64,000 nt of DNA, taken from NCBI GenBank assembly GCA_051362555.1, contig CM120648.1, positions 163,721 through 227,720 of the forward strand. The letters run 5' to 3'. Positions within the stretch are counted from its first letter, which is position 1. Each line of letters opens with the position of its first letter. The notes under the pieces were generated by a model. It was not told the DNA's origin. It saw nothing but the letters and a program-made list of their open reading frames with translations, and ran no database searches. The DNA is from Lingula anatina (lineage: Eukaryota; Animalia; Brachiopoda). The position numbers and the translations under genes were made by a program. Of the stretch, positions 27,456 through 39,890 are shown piece by piece.

Positions 27456-29593
27456 AAACGAATCAAATACTTATAGAGTGGAATTCTGAGGAAAATTGAA
27501 GAAAGTGGATTGCGTTTAAAAATCGTCACGGCGAATTAATCTTAAAAGACCTAAAAGAAGTCTTTATACAAATATGCAAGGCAAAACTGTAACTTGACAC
27601 TGTCTGCAGTTATTCCCAACTTACAATTTTCAAAAATTATTATAGTTAACTTTTTAATTAAAACATGTAACAATGGCAATAACTCAACTGTGATTACGCA
27701 CCATACGGTGTTGTTACCTAGATTCACAAACCCCCTCTCAAGGACAATCAACTGGAAAGGATTCCTTCCTGGCCACAGAATCGTTTCATTAGAGAGAGGG
27801 TAGGTCAGGTCCATGACGTCATCGGTCCCAGCTTTGAAGTGGGCTTTCTTGAATGCCATGAGACGCACGGGGGCGCCACTGCCATCTTTGATGTTGACTG
27901 GAAGTGCTGCAACGGAGTCCCCAGTTGTTGATAACTTATCTAGGTTTGCAACGCTTTCGAGAATGAAAATGTTCTTTTCAAGGAAAGGAACGTGGGCCAT
28001 CATAGTTTTACTGGGGCCTACTGAGGGTCCGTCAGTGCCTATTCCTGATATTTTCCTTTTAGAGGAAATCCATTTGGCGGCATCTTCGGAAACAGCGGGA
28101 AAGCGTACCAAAGGATTTCCATTGGCGTCCAACCAGCTGTCGGTGCCCTCGTAACCATAGTACGCCGTGCGATTATCATGGTGATTTCCCCAACCGGTGT
28201 AGATAAACAGTATAGAGTTGTCAGGAATGGGACCGTTTTCTTTTTCCCACTTTTGCACGTCCTCTACTTGCAGGTTGTATTCATTATTTTGGGCTGCCTG
28301 AGAAGCAATATCAATGCGAACTGCAGGCCCGAAAAACCTGTGGGGTGGGATGTCATGCATGCGCCACTTGCCTTTGCTGAAGTGCGCAGGCGCATCCATG
28401 TGGGTACCTTGATGTTCTTGTGCGCAGATATCGTTGGATTCGAGCCTAAAAATATAAAGTTAATTGGGGCCATTAATTTAGATTTTTTTATTAGCTTAAA
28501 GATAACCATGTTCACGCTACTTGCGTATAAAAAAGGTTTCTCTGAGTGGTGTAAATGACGCTTACATTTTGTATCATACTTGCCTCGTTGTTTTTTGTTG
28601 TTTCATAATGCATGCATATTATACATATTACCTTCCAATATGGAAAAAAAATTAACGGTAAGGCCACACTTTTTTATTTTTATGGATGACATCCTGCGCG
28701 CGCACCGATTTTCGCCCGTTCTCCGAAAAAAAAAAAAAAAATCCCCCCCCCCCAGCCCCCAACGAAGTCGGTTGTCGCAAACGTCGTTATTGAATTTGCC
28801 AGGAAATGAGCTTTCTGCGCATGCGTATTATCGCCACGTGGAAATGTGGCCGCTTTGCCGTCAAATTCATCTCTAGGATTACTTTCAAATTACACGACAA
28901 TTAAAGTCATAAAGAGAACGGGTGCCGTCGTTTTAGATTGGTGTGCCATTGATATTGGGCATGGAGATATCACCTTTTTACAATTGTGCGAAAGGCTGGC
29001 GGCCGACAGCGATTATGGCCCGAAAAATTTCAGTGACATTCTGTACAAAGCAGCACATAGGCTACCAGGTTTTCTGTAGCGAAAAAAGGGTCGACCAGGG
29101 CGTCGAGGTATTTGGTGCCCTGAAGGTCGGACAGGCCACCTGACAGTTTGGCCGTGTGAGTCGAAGTAGACAAAATGGCATCGTCCGAAATTACCTTTAA
29201 TAGATTTGGTAGTATTAAGCATATCTTTGCATCATTTTTTAAATATTTCTGTGAAGTGTTCAAAATGCTTTAATATTCTGAGAATACAAATAAAGACACA
29301 CTGTTGGTTTGATATTTGTTTTATTGATTGCTATACCAACAAAATGCATGAAATAATATCAATAGATTTTGCAATAAGAAGTATATCTATTCATGACTTT
29401 TTTTTTACATTTCTACGAAGTATTCACAATGCTTTAATATTTTGAGAGCATGGATAAAGACATATTGTTAGTTTGATACGTGTTTCTGTGGTAAAATTTG
29501 TTTCCAGCTGTGTACTGACAGCATTCCTTTACTTAAGCAGTATTTTTTTTTAGACTGTTTTTTTTTTTTTGCATCACTGACGTGACACTGGTA

Positions 29594-29675
<82 letters not shown>

Positions 29676-29926
29676 TTTTTAGTGAACCTATAGTACTAAA
29701 TTTTGCTGGCACTTATTTTTTTGTGGGGCACTCACCACTTCGCAGCGTATTTAGATGGTCCCCTAGAAATCCGAGTGTAATTAAACCCAGGCAGTCCTGG
29801 CCAATACAGTGAGTCCGGGGTCAGGAGGTACGTCATGTCGATGACATCATCAGCCGTGGGGCTCAACTGGGCATGCGCGTGCAAGACAAAGAGCGCCATT
29901 ACGACCACCAATTTGAAATCTTCCAT
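26602..29926 (-). CDS. Cyclase-family (kynurenine formamidase KynB / isatin hydrolase-like) protein, two domains, signal peptide, probable GPI signal; copy 1
   Basis: Exons 29926-29736, 28445-27702 and 27310-26602 (191/744/709 nt, phase-2 introns) give 547 aa. Two HxGTHxDAPxH motifs (EHQGTHMDAPAH, EHVGTHLDAPAH), TGWG, FP(A/G)xS and DGSGAPxR. Both termini are hydrophobic. Confidence 0.92.
29595..29667. repeat. (TA)n microsatellite
   Basis: Seen directly. Confidence 0.97.
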
Positions 29927-32900
29927 GATATCTGAAATGTATTAAATAAATTTCCTTTGTGTTTATGTCAATAATATTTCATCTAATATGCTTTTACTTT
30001 ACGGAAATTAAGTTTTTTTTTCACTTCAAATTCATTAATTTTTATATTTTTTTATTATTTTTGGTATGTTTTAAACTTTCACAATAACATGATTACACAA
30101 AACCCGCATCAACTGTATAAATTAAGTCTTTAGAAATTATCAAAACAATATTTTTCATTTCCATTTTCTAAATTAAAATATATAAAATAAATATATTTCC
30201 CTTTCCTCCCCTCCCCCATTTTCAAATATTGAACCGAACAACCCCAATGCCACTCGTGTCGTCTTCTTTAAACTGTCATACTGTAAAATAAATGGTCAAA
30301 TCTCACCAGATCCCCTTAATAAGTGCAGGATTTATCAGAAATAACCATAAGCCCTTTATCTTGACTTATGTTTTCTTCAAAGAATTTTTTTTTTGGTTTA
30401 TTTTTCCCGAAGTTGATTCATATTGGACCTCTGGTGACCTCTAATCTCATTTATTTACAGGTTATGAAATATTATAAAAATTCCTTTACTGATTTTTTAG
30501 AACTATGCTTCAGCTGCATAATAAAACATAAATTATTGCTTTATGCCATTTTGTTGTCATTTGGTGGATATTATTTTTAGGTACGACAATATAAGCAAAG
30601 GGTGTTACAAGCCACTCCACAGAAACCGATTCCTGGCTAATTTAGCTTTAATTTGATACCAATGAACCTTGGTCACCCAATTCGTACCGATGAACCCCTC
30701 TACCTGACGTACTATCCGGTCCCACAATTTTCCTCTCAAACCACCGATATGTAGCCTATAGCCCGCACGTGTTTAGCTGTTTTGCATCAAGAAATTATCG
30801 CTTGATGACCCCAATATTGGATCCTCCGCAACCTCTGCGGCCGTATTCTCAAAACCTGGTAGCTACCACAGTTTGCAAATATTTAAGAAAATTTGTAACC
30901 CTGACTTACGCTGTACTCTCAAGCCTCTTTTAAGTCTTGATAATTATCATTTTTATATAACTTTCCGGAAGTGACGTACGGTCCCTCATCGACATATTCC
31001 AGTTGCTTGCTTAGAATCCATAAAATGCTTACCTGGACATGAAAGTCTTTTGAAATATATTGAAAATTATTCAGAAAGACACGCCCGCACAGTTTTATTC
31101 AAGTTTTCCTCGAAAAATCCACTCATAATGAATGTGCTTCCCCCAACATGTAAGCACAGGAATTGGACGTGGCTCCTCTTGTGGGACTCTCCCAGCTGGG
31201 ATTCCCCAGGTCAAAAAATGCTTTTATAAATTTGAAATAAAAATGTTCAACGATATTTCCGCAAGAAGGCAGTTTATAATTAGCAGTCATCAAATTATTC
31301 AAATTTGACGTATGTGGACTAAACGCTCTCTTAGCAAAGTTCCATATTCATGAATACAAATAAGTTAACTCAATTTCTAAAAAAAACAAAAACAAAAACA
31401 TTCAAATATATGTGAAAATGTTACTTTAATAATAAATATATGTGAAAATATATGTAAAAATGTTACTTTTATAATAAATGTGTGACTGGAATTAATACCC
31501 CTTTGCTGTTATCATGTTACATATATCTATACATAAAAATGGTCAGAAGTCTAACTATGAAATCATTGAAACATGAGTTTTTTGGTGCCAAATACTTTCC
31601 AGTGCATGATATTGTCATGTTTTTGTTCTAGTGCACTTGTCACCATTATTTAAGAGTTAGCACTAGACGGTGTGCCTTTCTGTCACTCCCAATTAACTGC
31701 AAAGGAGCTCTTTGTATCCTAATGCACTCTTACCAAAAAGGGCCTCCAAGGAGAGCACGCTCCTCTGTTAGTTTTAATTAACATTAACGTACAAACGGGA
31801 GTTCTTTCTGCAGCCGGATGCCTTTTTGGGGCTCCCTTAACTGCCATAAATACTGCCTTTGTGTCAGTCAAATCAAATCACATCATGGTTAATCAAAACC
31901 TAGGCCTAAACCCTCTGAAGGCTAACGGTCTTCTTATCGACTTCAGGTCTTCAGTACATGTCGGCCTAAGTTCGAACCACAGAATAAGTACTCTAGTAAC
32001 ATGCACCTGTACTGTTTGCCAGGCTAACCGATTGTAATAGTACTACTGATCTAAGGTTTAAGCACAACAGCGTCTGAGTTGAAACGCCTCTTTTAGAAAG
32101 TGTGGAAAAAACATACAATCAAAACAAAACAAGCTGGACAATTGCTTGATGGCAATGCAAACTACAAGGCAGAAAATGGTCCTAGACAGAGGAAGATAAA
32201 ACAGACCAATGGTGATCACCCAAGATGGCCTAAAACCACACTTAAAAAACAACCAGAAAAAATATCCGCGCTCGCTAGCGTGCCGTTATCATGGACCCCA
32301 CTCTTATCCAAACCCGGGAGATCTCGCGAGATCTAGGATGATTTCCACTGACCACTTGTACACGGGGCAAGCACAAGGGCTCAGTTAAGATCTGAGTCAT
32401 TTCAGTAAAAGTGTTTGCACGGGAACGCCGACCTCGTTGATAAGACGTACAGTATATCACCAAATATGCGTCTTATCATGAGTACATAGTTGCGTTCTAG
32501 GTCAGCTGCACTATTAAAACCAACAAGCCCCACCTTATTCTTAACGGTGAAACCCAAAGACTGGTCTAATGTTATGAAAAAACCCTAAGAAAGTTTTAAA
32601 TTGTTCGGTTTCAAAATGCGACTTTACACTACTTCATTATTGTGTTTTTGACATCTGGAAGTCCACGGCTTTAAGAGGAAAACATTACAAAACGCAGGGC
32701 CAGTTTGACAAGCAGTATGTAGCCGGAGTCCAGTTTGTATTTCATTTAACCATTCTAGAAATTCATTAGAAAGCCTAAAGCCCTCCACTGCTCACAAGTC
32801 ATTTCGGTTCAATGATACGTTAGATCTAACTTTTATCCAGTTCTGAAGGTGAGCGTATGGTTTTACCCCCCTTGTCCATTTTTGTCAAGAGATCTCTTAA

Positions 32901-33739
32901 ATGTAAAAAAGTAACATTCTTGCTCTAGCGATGTGCCATGATATTAAAACCGTACCTTTAAAATACACGAATGCAGTCTTACCTTAGTAAAAGTAACCCA
33001 ATCAGCAAAGGTATCCCTTGTCTACTGCCTGCTCTGCTGCCACCCTTATCTCTGTTGCGACCACCGAAAAGGCACGTTTCCATTCAGTTGATAAACAGTT
33101 AGCACCCCGTTTTTGTTTCCAATTTGTTCAGAGAGCTAAGTCATCGATTTGTTGCTTTAAAATGGTTCGATTCTGTTTTTATCTGATCGCACCGTCTCTA
33201 GGGGTGTTAACACGGCTATTTTAATGAGATGACAAATATAGGTTTCCAACATTAGATTGTACAAACAAACGCAAGAAATGGTCATTTGGCCAACAAGTTT
33301 GCCTTTAAAGAATGAATATCGTAGCGTTCATTGGAACGAAACACACCGATCAAGGGATTTCAAGGCAGTGGAGTCTCTTTTATTTAGAAGGTATATTTGC
33401 TGCATTGCATATATTTACTATCGATCATAGCGTGACATATAATGCCCTGGTTTGGTCACTTGAAAAACAAACGCAGGAATCGGTAGTTAGAGACACATTG
33501 CTTATGGTTTTGACCGGATAAAGCTATGTTTATGAAACCACAACATGGGGATAAATTAATCATTCTGAGGTCGTGTTGGAAAGTTTTTATTTCAAACAAA
33601 TAAAGAGTCAGGCGTTTGAATTTAAATCTTCTATGAATAGAAAGGATTTAATTGAACTATATTAATTTTCACAATAGATGCTACTGCGTAACCTTTTCGT
33701 TTAAAATATTTTACATCAGGATCAGGTATATTTCAAGCA

Positions 33740-35899
33740 TTAGATGCACCTAAAGAAAATCAAGAAAAAAGGCATCATCAGAGCAACAAACATGGACCTT
33801 GTGTCAACACCGCTGGAAACCTGACCGGCAGTGATGGCGCTGTTTTTGATGGCAACTACTCTGGTAGGGGCCCCACTTCCGTCCTTGTACAGCATGTGAA
33901 AAACAAAGGCCGTCGTTCCGGTGTTCGGCAACTTGTCAAGATTGGCTACATTCTCCAGCGCGAGCTTCTTGGCTCCAAGAAAGGCCACGTGCGCTGGAAA
34001 TGACGTCGTTTGCCCTGCGTCGTAACTTATGGTGTCACTGCCAATTCCGTTGATATTTCGATTGTTAACCAACCATTTCGCTGCTGCCTCTGAAAATCCT
34101 GGGTAGTGAACGAGTGGCTGTCCTTCATCATTTAACCAATTGGTCCGGTTTGTAGAGCCAAGGTATTTTTCGAAATCGGTAAAAAATTTCCCCCAGCCAG
34201 TGTGAAGAAACACCATGGCGTTGTCGGGTATTCGGCCATTCTCCTTCTCCCAGTCTTCCAAGTCCTGGACGGTAAGGACAGCGTCCGGGTTATTTTCAGC
34301 TTTTTTTGATATGTCCACTCTGACGGCGGGACCGATGAGAGTGTGCGCAGGAATATCATGGGTTCGCCATGAACCTTTTATGAAGTGCGCAGGCGCGTCA
34401 AGATGCGTCCCTGCATGCTCTGGTGTACAGAATCTGTTCTGTTCCAACCTATAAAATTGGTTTTATATTTCTGATTCATGATTAAGTGCATGAAGTTACT
34501 ACAAAACTGGTGTTAATCTTTAACAACTGAGACAATCTTTCGTTAATAAATGATATACAGGTATATCATGGTAAAAATGACAAAACTTCGTAAAGTTAAG
34601 CGCTCAGAAGCGTCCAAATGAACACGTGAAAAGATTAAAGTGTTTTAATAGTTATTTTTGCACTTTAACAGTGATTATTTAATTTTCAAAATGAAAATTT
34701 TAACAAGTGCATGTACCAATGGCAATATCAATATTAGGACTAGCTACGTACCATACGGTGTTGTTACCAAGATTCACTAACCCCCTGTCAAGAACAAACA
34801 ACTGGAAAGGATTCCTTCCTGGCCACATAACCGTCTCATTAGACAGAGCGTAGGTCAAGTCTATGACGTCATCGGGTCCGGGCTTGAACTGGGCTTTCTT
34901 GAATGCGACAATTCGCACGGGGGCGCCACTGCCGTCTTTGACATTGACTGGAAGTGCTGCGACAGCGTCACCGGTGGTTGCCAGCTTATCTAAGTTTGCG
35001 ACACTTTCGAGGGAGAAGATGTTCTTTTCAAGGAGAGGAACGTGGGCCATCATAGTTTTACTGGGGCCTACTGAGGGTCCATCGGTGCCTATTCCAGCTA
35101 TTTTTTTGTTCGAGGAAATCCATTTGGCGGCATCCTCGGAAACAGCGGGAAAGTTAAGGAGAGGATTTCCATTAGCATCTAACCAGCTGTCGGCGCTTCC
35201 GTACCCATAATACGCCGTGCGATTATCATGGTGCTTTCCCCAACCGGTGTAGATAAACACTAAAGCGTTGTCAGGAATGGGTCCATTTTCTTTTTCCCAC
35301 TTTTGCACGTCCTCTACTTGCAGGTTATATTCATTATTCTGAGCTGTCTGAGAAGAAATATCAATGCGAACTGCAGGCCCAAAAAACCTATGAGGTGGGA
35401 TGTCATGCAAGCGCCATTTGCCTTTGCTGAAATGCGCAGGCGCGTCCATGTGGGTGCCTTGATGTTCTTGTCCGCAAAAGTCATTGTCTTCAAACCTAAA
35501 AAAAAATCAATTTGGAGAAAAGAATTGGCCTAGTTCTATCTTGCTTAGCTTGAAGATATATAATCGTGTCTTGATACACATTTTTAATGAATTATCCCTT
35601 ATTTACGTATTAACATAGCCAGAGCCACGATTTATCTATTTAAATTGCCAAAATCAATGAAAGGCTCACATAGAGTATTCATATTGTTACATATTGTAAA
35701 TTACCCACCACCCAGCAGCCATATTAACCGGTCCCCTTGAAATCCGAGTGTAGTTAAACCCTGTTAGTCCTGGCCAATGCAGTGTATCTGGGGTCAGGAG
35801 GTACGTCATGTCGATGACATCATCAGCCGTGGGGCTCAACTGGGCATACACGTGCATGATGGAGAGCGCCATTACGACTGTCGATTTGGAAACTTCCAT
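33740..35899 (-). CDS. Two-domain cyclase-family metallohydrolase; copy 2
   Basis: Exons 35899-35709, 35495-34752 and 34448-33740 (191/744/709 nt). Motifs EHQGTHMDAPAH and EHAGTHLDAPAH, signal peptide MEVSKSTVVMALSIMHVYA and a hydrophobic C-tail. Confidence 0.92.
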
Positions 35900-36044
35900 G
35901 ATTTTCTGAAATGTAGAAAATAAAAGTTTATTCTGCAGGTTTATATTTTTTTCATTTAACATGCTTTCGCTGACTTGACCCATGGAAATAAGTCTTTACT
36001 TTTTTTACTTACTTAAGAGCTTACAAGCCGACAAGATGAGAGCA

Positions 36045-37945
36045 CGCTCTTCAGCAAACAAAAGAAGTCAACATCTAGTCAACATGAAGCTGCGGAAGGC
36101 CTGTCACGTATGCAAAGCCCTCTCAAGACTTTTTTACAATAAAAGTAGTGATATATACATGTATATATATATATATATATATGTGGGTTGGGCTTATATT
36201 GACCACCAGTCATCGTGATAAACACCAGGGTTCACGTAAGACCTCGGTGACAGTGTTTGCATGTCGCAGTGTAAAAGAAAAATGAAGACAAAACAAGCAT
36301 TTGTCTTGATCCCTTTACCTCGGACAGCACATGATGAAACTGTTTTGAAAAATTAAACTCTATTTTGTACTTGCTGGTGACAGGCAAACGGTGGTCTGAT
36401 GTCATGAAAAAATGTAAAAAAAATTAACACATTTTCCTTGTAAGATTTTAAGTCAAACTTCGTTATTGTGTGTCTGTTTTAATTTTTCAATCTTCTGCCT
36501 TCAGAAAAAAGTCCCACACATCTGTGTATCAGTATCTGTTCATATAGAGGTGAGATGTAAAATATTTGACAGTTAACCTGTAAGGCTAGCCATCGGTCAG
36601 GAGGACACGGCTATTTATTAAACGTACAGCTTACTTCTTCAACCTTGGACCGTTTTACCCCCTAAAATTTGATTTATTCTCGGCAGAGACTTCTTTAGAG
36701 GTCGATCATTTTTGTCTTCTTTGCCCAATTCGTAACAGCTGTAATTAAGGACCTGTCATAGATAGTGTTACAGAATGGTGTGTCATTTTCGTGTCGGTAA
36801 CATTAAATATTCAGCACTGGAACACAGATTTACAGATCGCAATTTCATTAACAGATTAGGACAGAATGTGTTTTTGTTAATAAAGGGAAAATAAATACAC
36901 GCGTGCAGTAGTTTAAGTTTTCAGGGATTTTTTCTTTTGTTATATAAAGGAAGGTCTCACTCGAATTATTTGCTTTTTAAACTCATGCGCCCCATCCTGT
37001 CTTCGCATTCCATATCAATACCCAGCACTAAGTGAGAAAAGATAGTGTAGTACTAGGGGTATAGCTTTATCAAAATTTCCAGTTATTCCATAATAGGTGA
37101 CGTAATATGCGGATGGCAGCTTAGCGAAATGTTGTCTTCCTATCCAAGTTTACTTCATGTGTTCATCAAACCGCGCCAATAGAATATATATAATAACTCT
37201 ACAACAACATAGGGGCGGATCCAGGATTATTTGAAAGGGGGGGGGGGGGGGGGGGGGCGCGGGTTTAAAACCGAACCTGACCCCCCTGGCCCCCCTCTAA
37301 ATCCGCCACTGGTGTCTGATATCCAACCGATAATAACTGTAATAGCAGGTTATCAAAAACTGCGATTGAGTTGAAAGGCGACTTTTTAAAGTTTGAAAAT
37401 ACAATAAAAAGGTTGTACATTTAATATAGACGTTTGCCTTATGATAATGTAGTAGGCCTTTTGCGTCAAGATGACAAGGTGTTGACTTCTTTTGTTTACT
37501 GAAAAGCTTGCTGTCTATACTGAACAAAAGAATGCCGGAGAACAAGCTCTTCAGTTAACAAAGAAGTCAACATCTAGTCATCTAGGTTCAAAGGGCCTGT
37601 CACATATGCAAAGCCCCCTCAAAACTTTTAACTATAAAAGTAGTGATAAATGGGTCAGGCTTATATTGACCACCAGTCATCGTGTTAAACACCAGGGTAC
37701 ACGTAAGATCTCGGTGACAGTGTTTGCTTGTCACAATGTAGAAGAAAAATGAAGACAAAACAGAGATTCGTCATGATCCCATTACCTCGGACAGCACATG
37801 ATGAAACTGTTTTGATAATTCAAACTCTATTTTGTTCTTTATGGTGACAGGCCAACGGTGGTCTGATGTCAAGAACAAAACATTTTGGCGTTTTTTTTTT
37901 TATAAAGTTTAAAGTCAAACTTCATTATTGTGTGTTTGTTTTTTT
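36045..37945. repeat. ~400-450-bp direct duplication (about 36045-36480 and 37545-37945) upstream of the cyclase copy 2 ATG
   Basis: Shared blocks aagaagtcaacatctagtc, ggcttatattgaccaccagtcatcgtg, ctcggtgacagtgtttgc and ttacctcggacagcacatgatgaaactgttttga. Only the first copy has a TA microsatellite. Confidence 0.85.
37210..37311. mobile_element. Short MITE with poly-G core
   Basis: Inverted ends aggggcggat / atccgccact around a G homopolymer; no TSD recognised. Confidence 0.5.
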
Positions 37946-39147
37946 TTTTTTTTCAATAGAAGAATCTTCGGTCTTAAGCGAAAAAGAGCTTTAGGGTATT
38001 GTTAGCCTTTGCCAAAAACTCTGTTAACTGCCTGACATACATTCTTTTGGATAACGGCTAAATCTCCAGTGTTCAGTGACTTAATTAACATTTACACAAG
38101 TCATTTTACGGGTGATGTCATAATTGATTTTCGGACTTGACCTTATTTTGTTCTTGGTGAGAGGCTAAGGGTGATCTGACATAATAAAAATTAAAGGACA
38201 TTTTGAAGTATCACATACGTATTATTTCTGTAGTTGTGACTCTAGTAACCTAAACTCTACTATTAACCAACACCAAACTGGGAAAGATACTATAGTACTA
38301 TGAAGCTTAAAGTCGAACGTCATTAAAATATGCCTGTGTTTCATTTTTTTCAACCTAGGAATATTTGGTTTTAAGAGAAAAATCTCACTTAATGCCAATT
38401 TGTCAAGTCGACTGAAGCGAAATTTGCATTTTGTTTGAAAATTACCGTTTCCAAAAATTCATAAGGAAGGTTAAATGCCTCCACTTTATACACGGTGAGT
38501 AAATATATGCGACCCGCACGTCCTTCTGGTCTGATATTGCTGTTACATTAGACTCTATCAATTGTGAATCCACGATCTCTTAATGTGACTTCTGTACTTG
38601 GGGACGAATAATTTTATGCCTACCTTGTCAACGTGCGTCCCTAAAGTCTTAAGAAAACGCCCTCATTTTAGCAATATATATAATGATATAACAAGTGTGC
38701 CATTTAAATATGCAAATGCAATCTTACCTTAGCGAAAGTTGGCTAATCTCTTCGGGTATCCCTTCTGGAGAAAGCGGTCCGCTAAAATAAGTACTTCTTC
38801 TTCTGCCGCACCCAGCGTTACGGCACGTTTCCATTTTGCGACAGACAGATCCATTCTCATAACGATCCATGTGCGCACACGGTATTGTCACTCGACAATG
38901 CATTGGCTAGTTCGCATTTGTGATATAAACAACGTCTTTTTACAGTCATTAAATAATAACTAGGTCAAGTCAAGCAGACAAGTCCTCGATATGTTGCGGT
39001 AAAACAGGTTTTATCTGACCAACCGTGCCGTATTTAGAGGTGTAAACAAGGGTTAAGAATAGAATGGCCAAATCTACATTGCATAACAGATAGGCGCCAC
39101 GAAAAGACCGGTTGACCGCAACGCTTTGTCATCAGGATAATAATCAG

Positions 39148-39293
39148 GTCCCGTAACTCGAAAGCATCGCGCATTTTCAATAGCAATATTACACAGAGGT
39201 TACAATGTATTATATGGTGCGAGTATGGGCGAGTTATGGGATCGAGACGCTTGCGCTCGATCGCAATGCGCGATGCTTTCGAGTTACGGGGCC
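39148..39293. mobile_element. 146-bp MITE, PIF/Harbinger-like, related to 1060-1187
   Basis: ~28-bp TIRs gtcccgtaactcgaaagcatcgcgcatt / aatgcgcgatgctttcgagttacggggcc, flanked by CAG and CTG. Confidence 0.75.
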
Positions 39294-39890
39294 CTGGCAG
39301 CCAAATAGCGTTCATATCGCTGTCAGTTGTGTAAGAAACACTAAGATTCGCAAGGCAATTCAGTAGTTTTCTTAATAAAGAAGTGCCAAACTTTTGTGTA
39401 CACACGCTATCGATCACAGGGTGGAATGTCATGGATTGACACGATCGTGTGAGAGTGGTGCGGGAAGCGGTGGTTATAGTATGTATACATAGGTGATGGT
39501 GGTGAAAACTGAGATATGATTAAGCCAGTAGAACCTTGGATATTTGATACGAAATCACAATATCAATATACACGAATTATTTTGAAGTTGTGCATGTTAA
39601 CATCCTTTTATTTCAACCGAATAAGGAATACCACGTTTTGTTTCAAAAATTATTTTTCTCCACCGTGGTTGAACATGTAAGTGTAGTAAATAAAGAAACT
39701 AGGCCTAACCCCCATGAAAACTGTCGTTAATATCCTAGTGAGTGTCCAAGTGTGTTCAGCGTGAGGGTAACAATTTTATTGATAAACTTTGTATTTAAAT
39801 CTTGAATAAATAGGACGAATTGCATTGAATTGACTTGCTTTTAATTTTGCACTGAGAACTAATTGACATAAAGAAGTCATAACACCTGAA

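Noticed and set aside
39034-39432. 132-aa minus-strand ORF
   Set aside because: It spans a MITE, shows no recognisable domain and has no supporting splice context.
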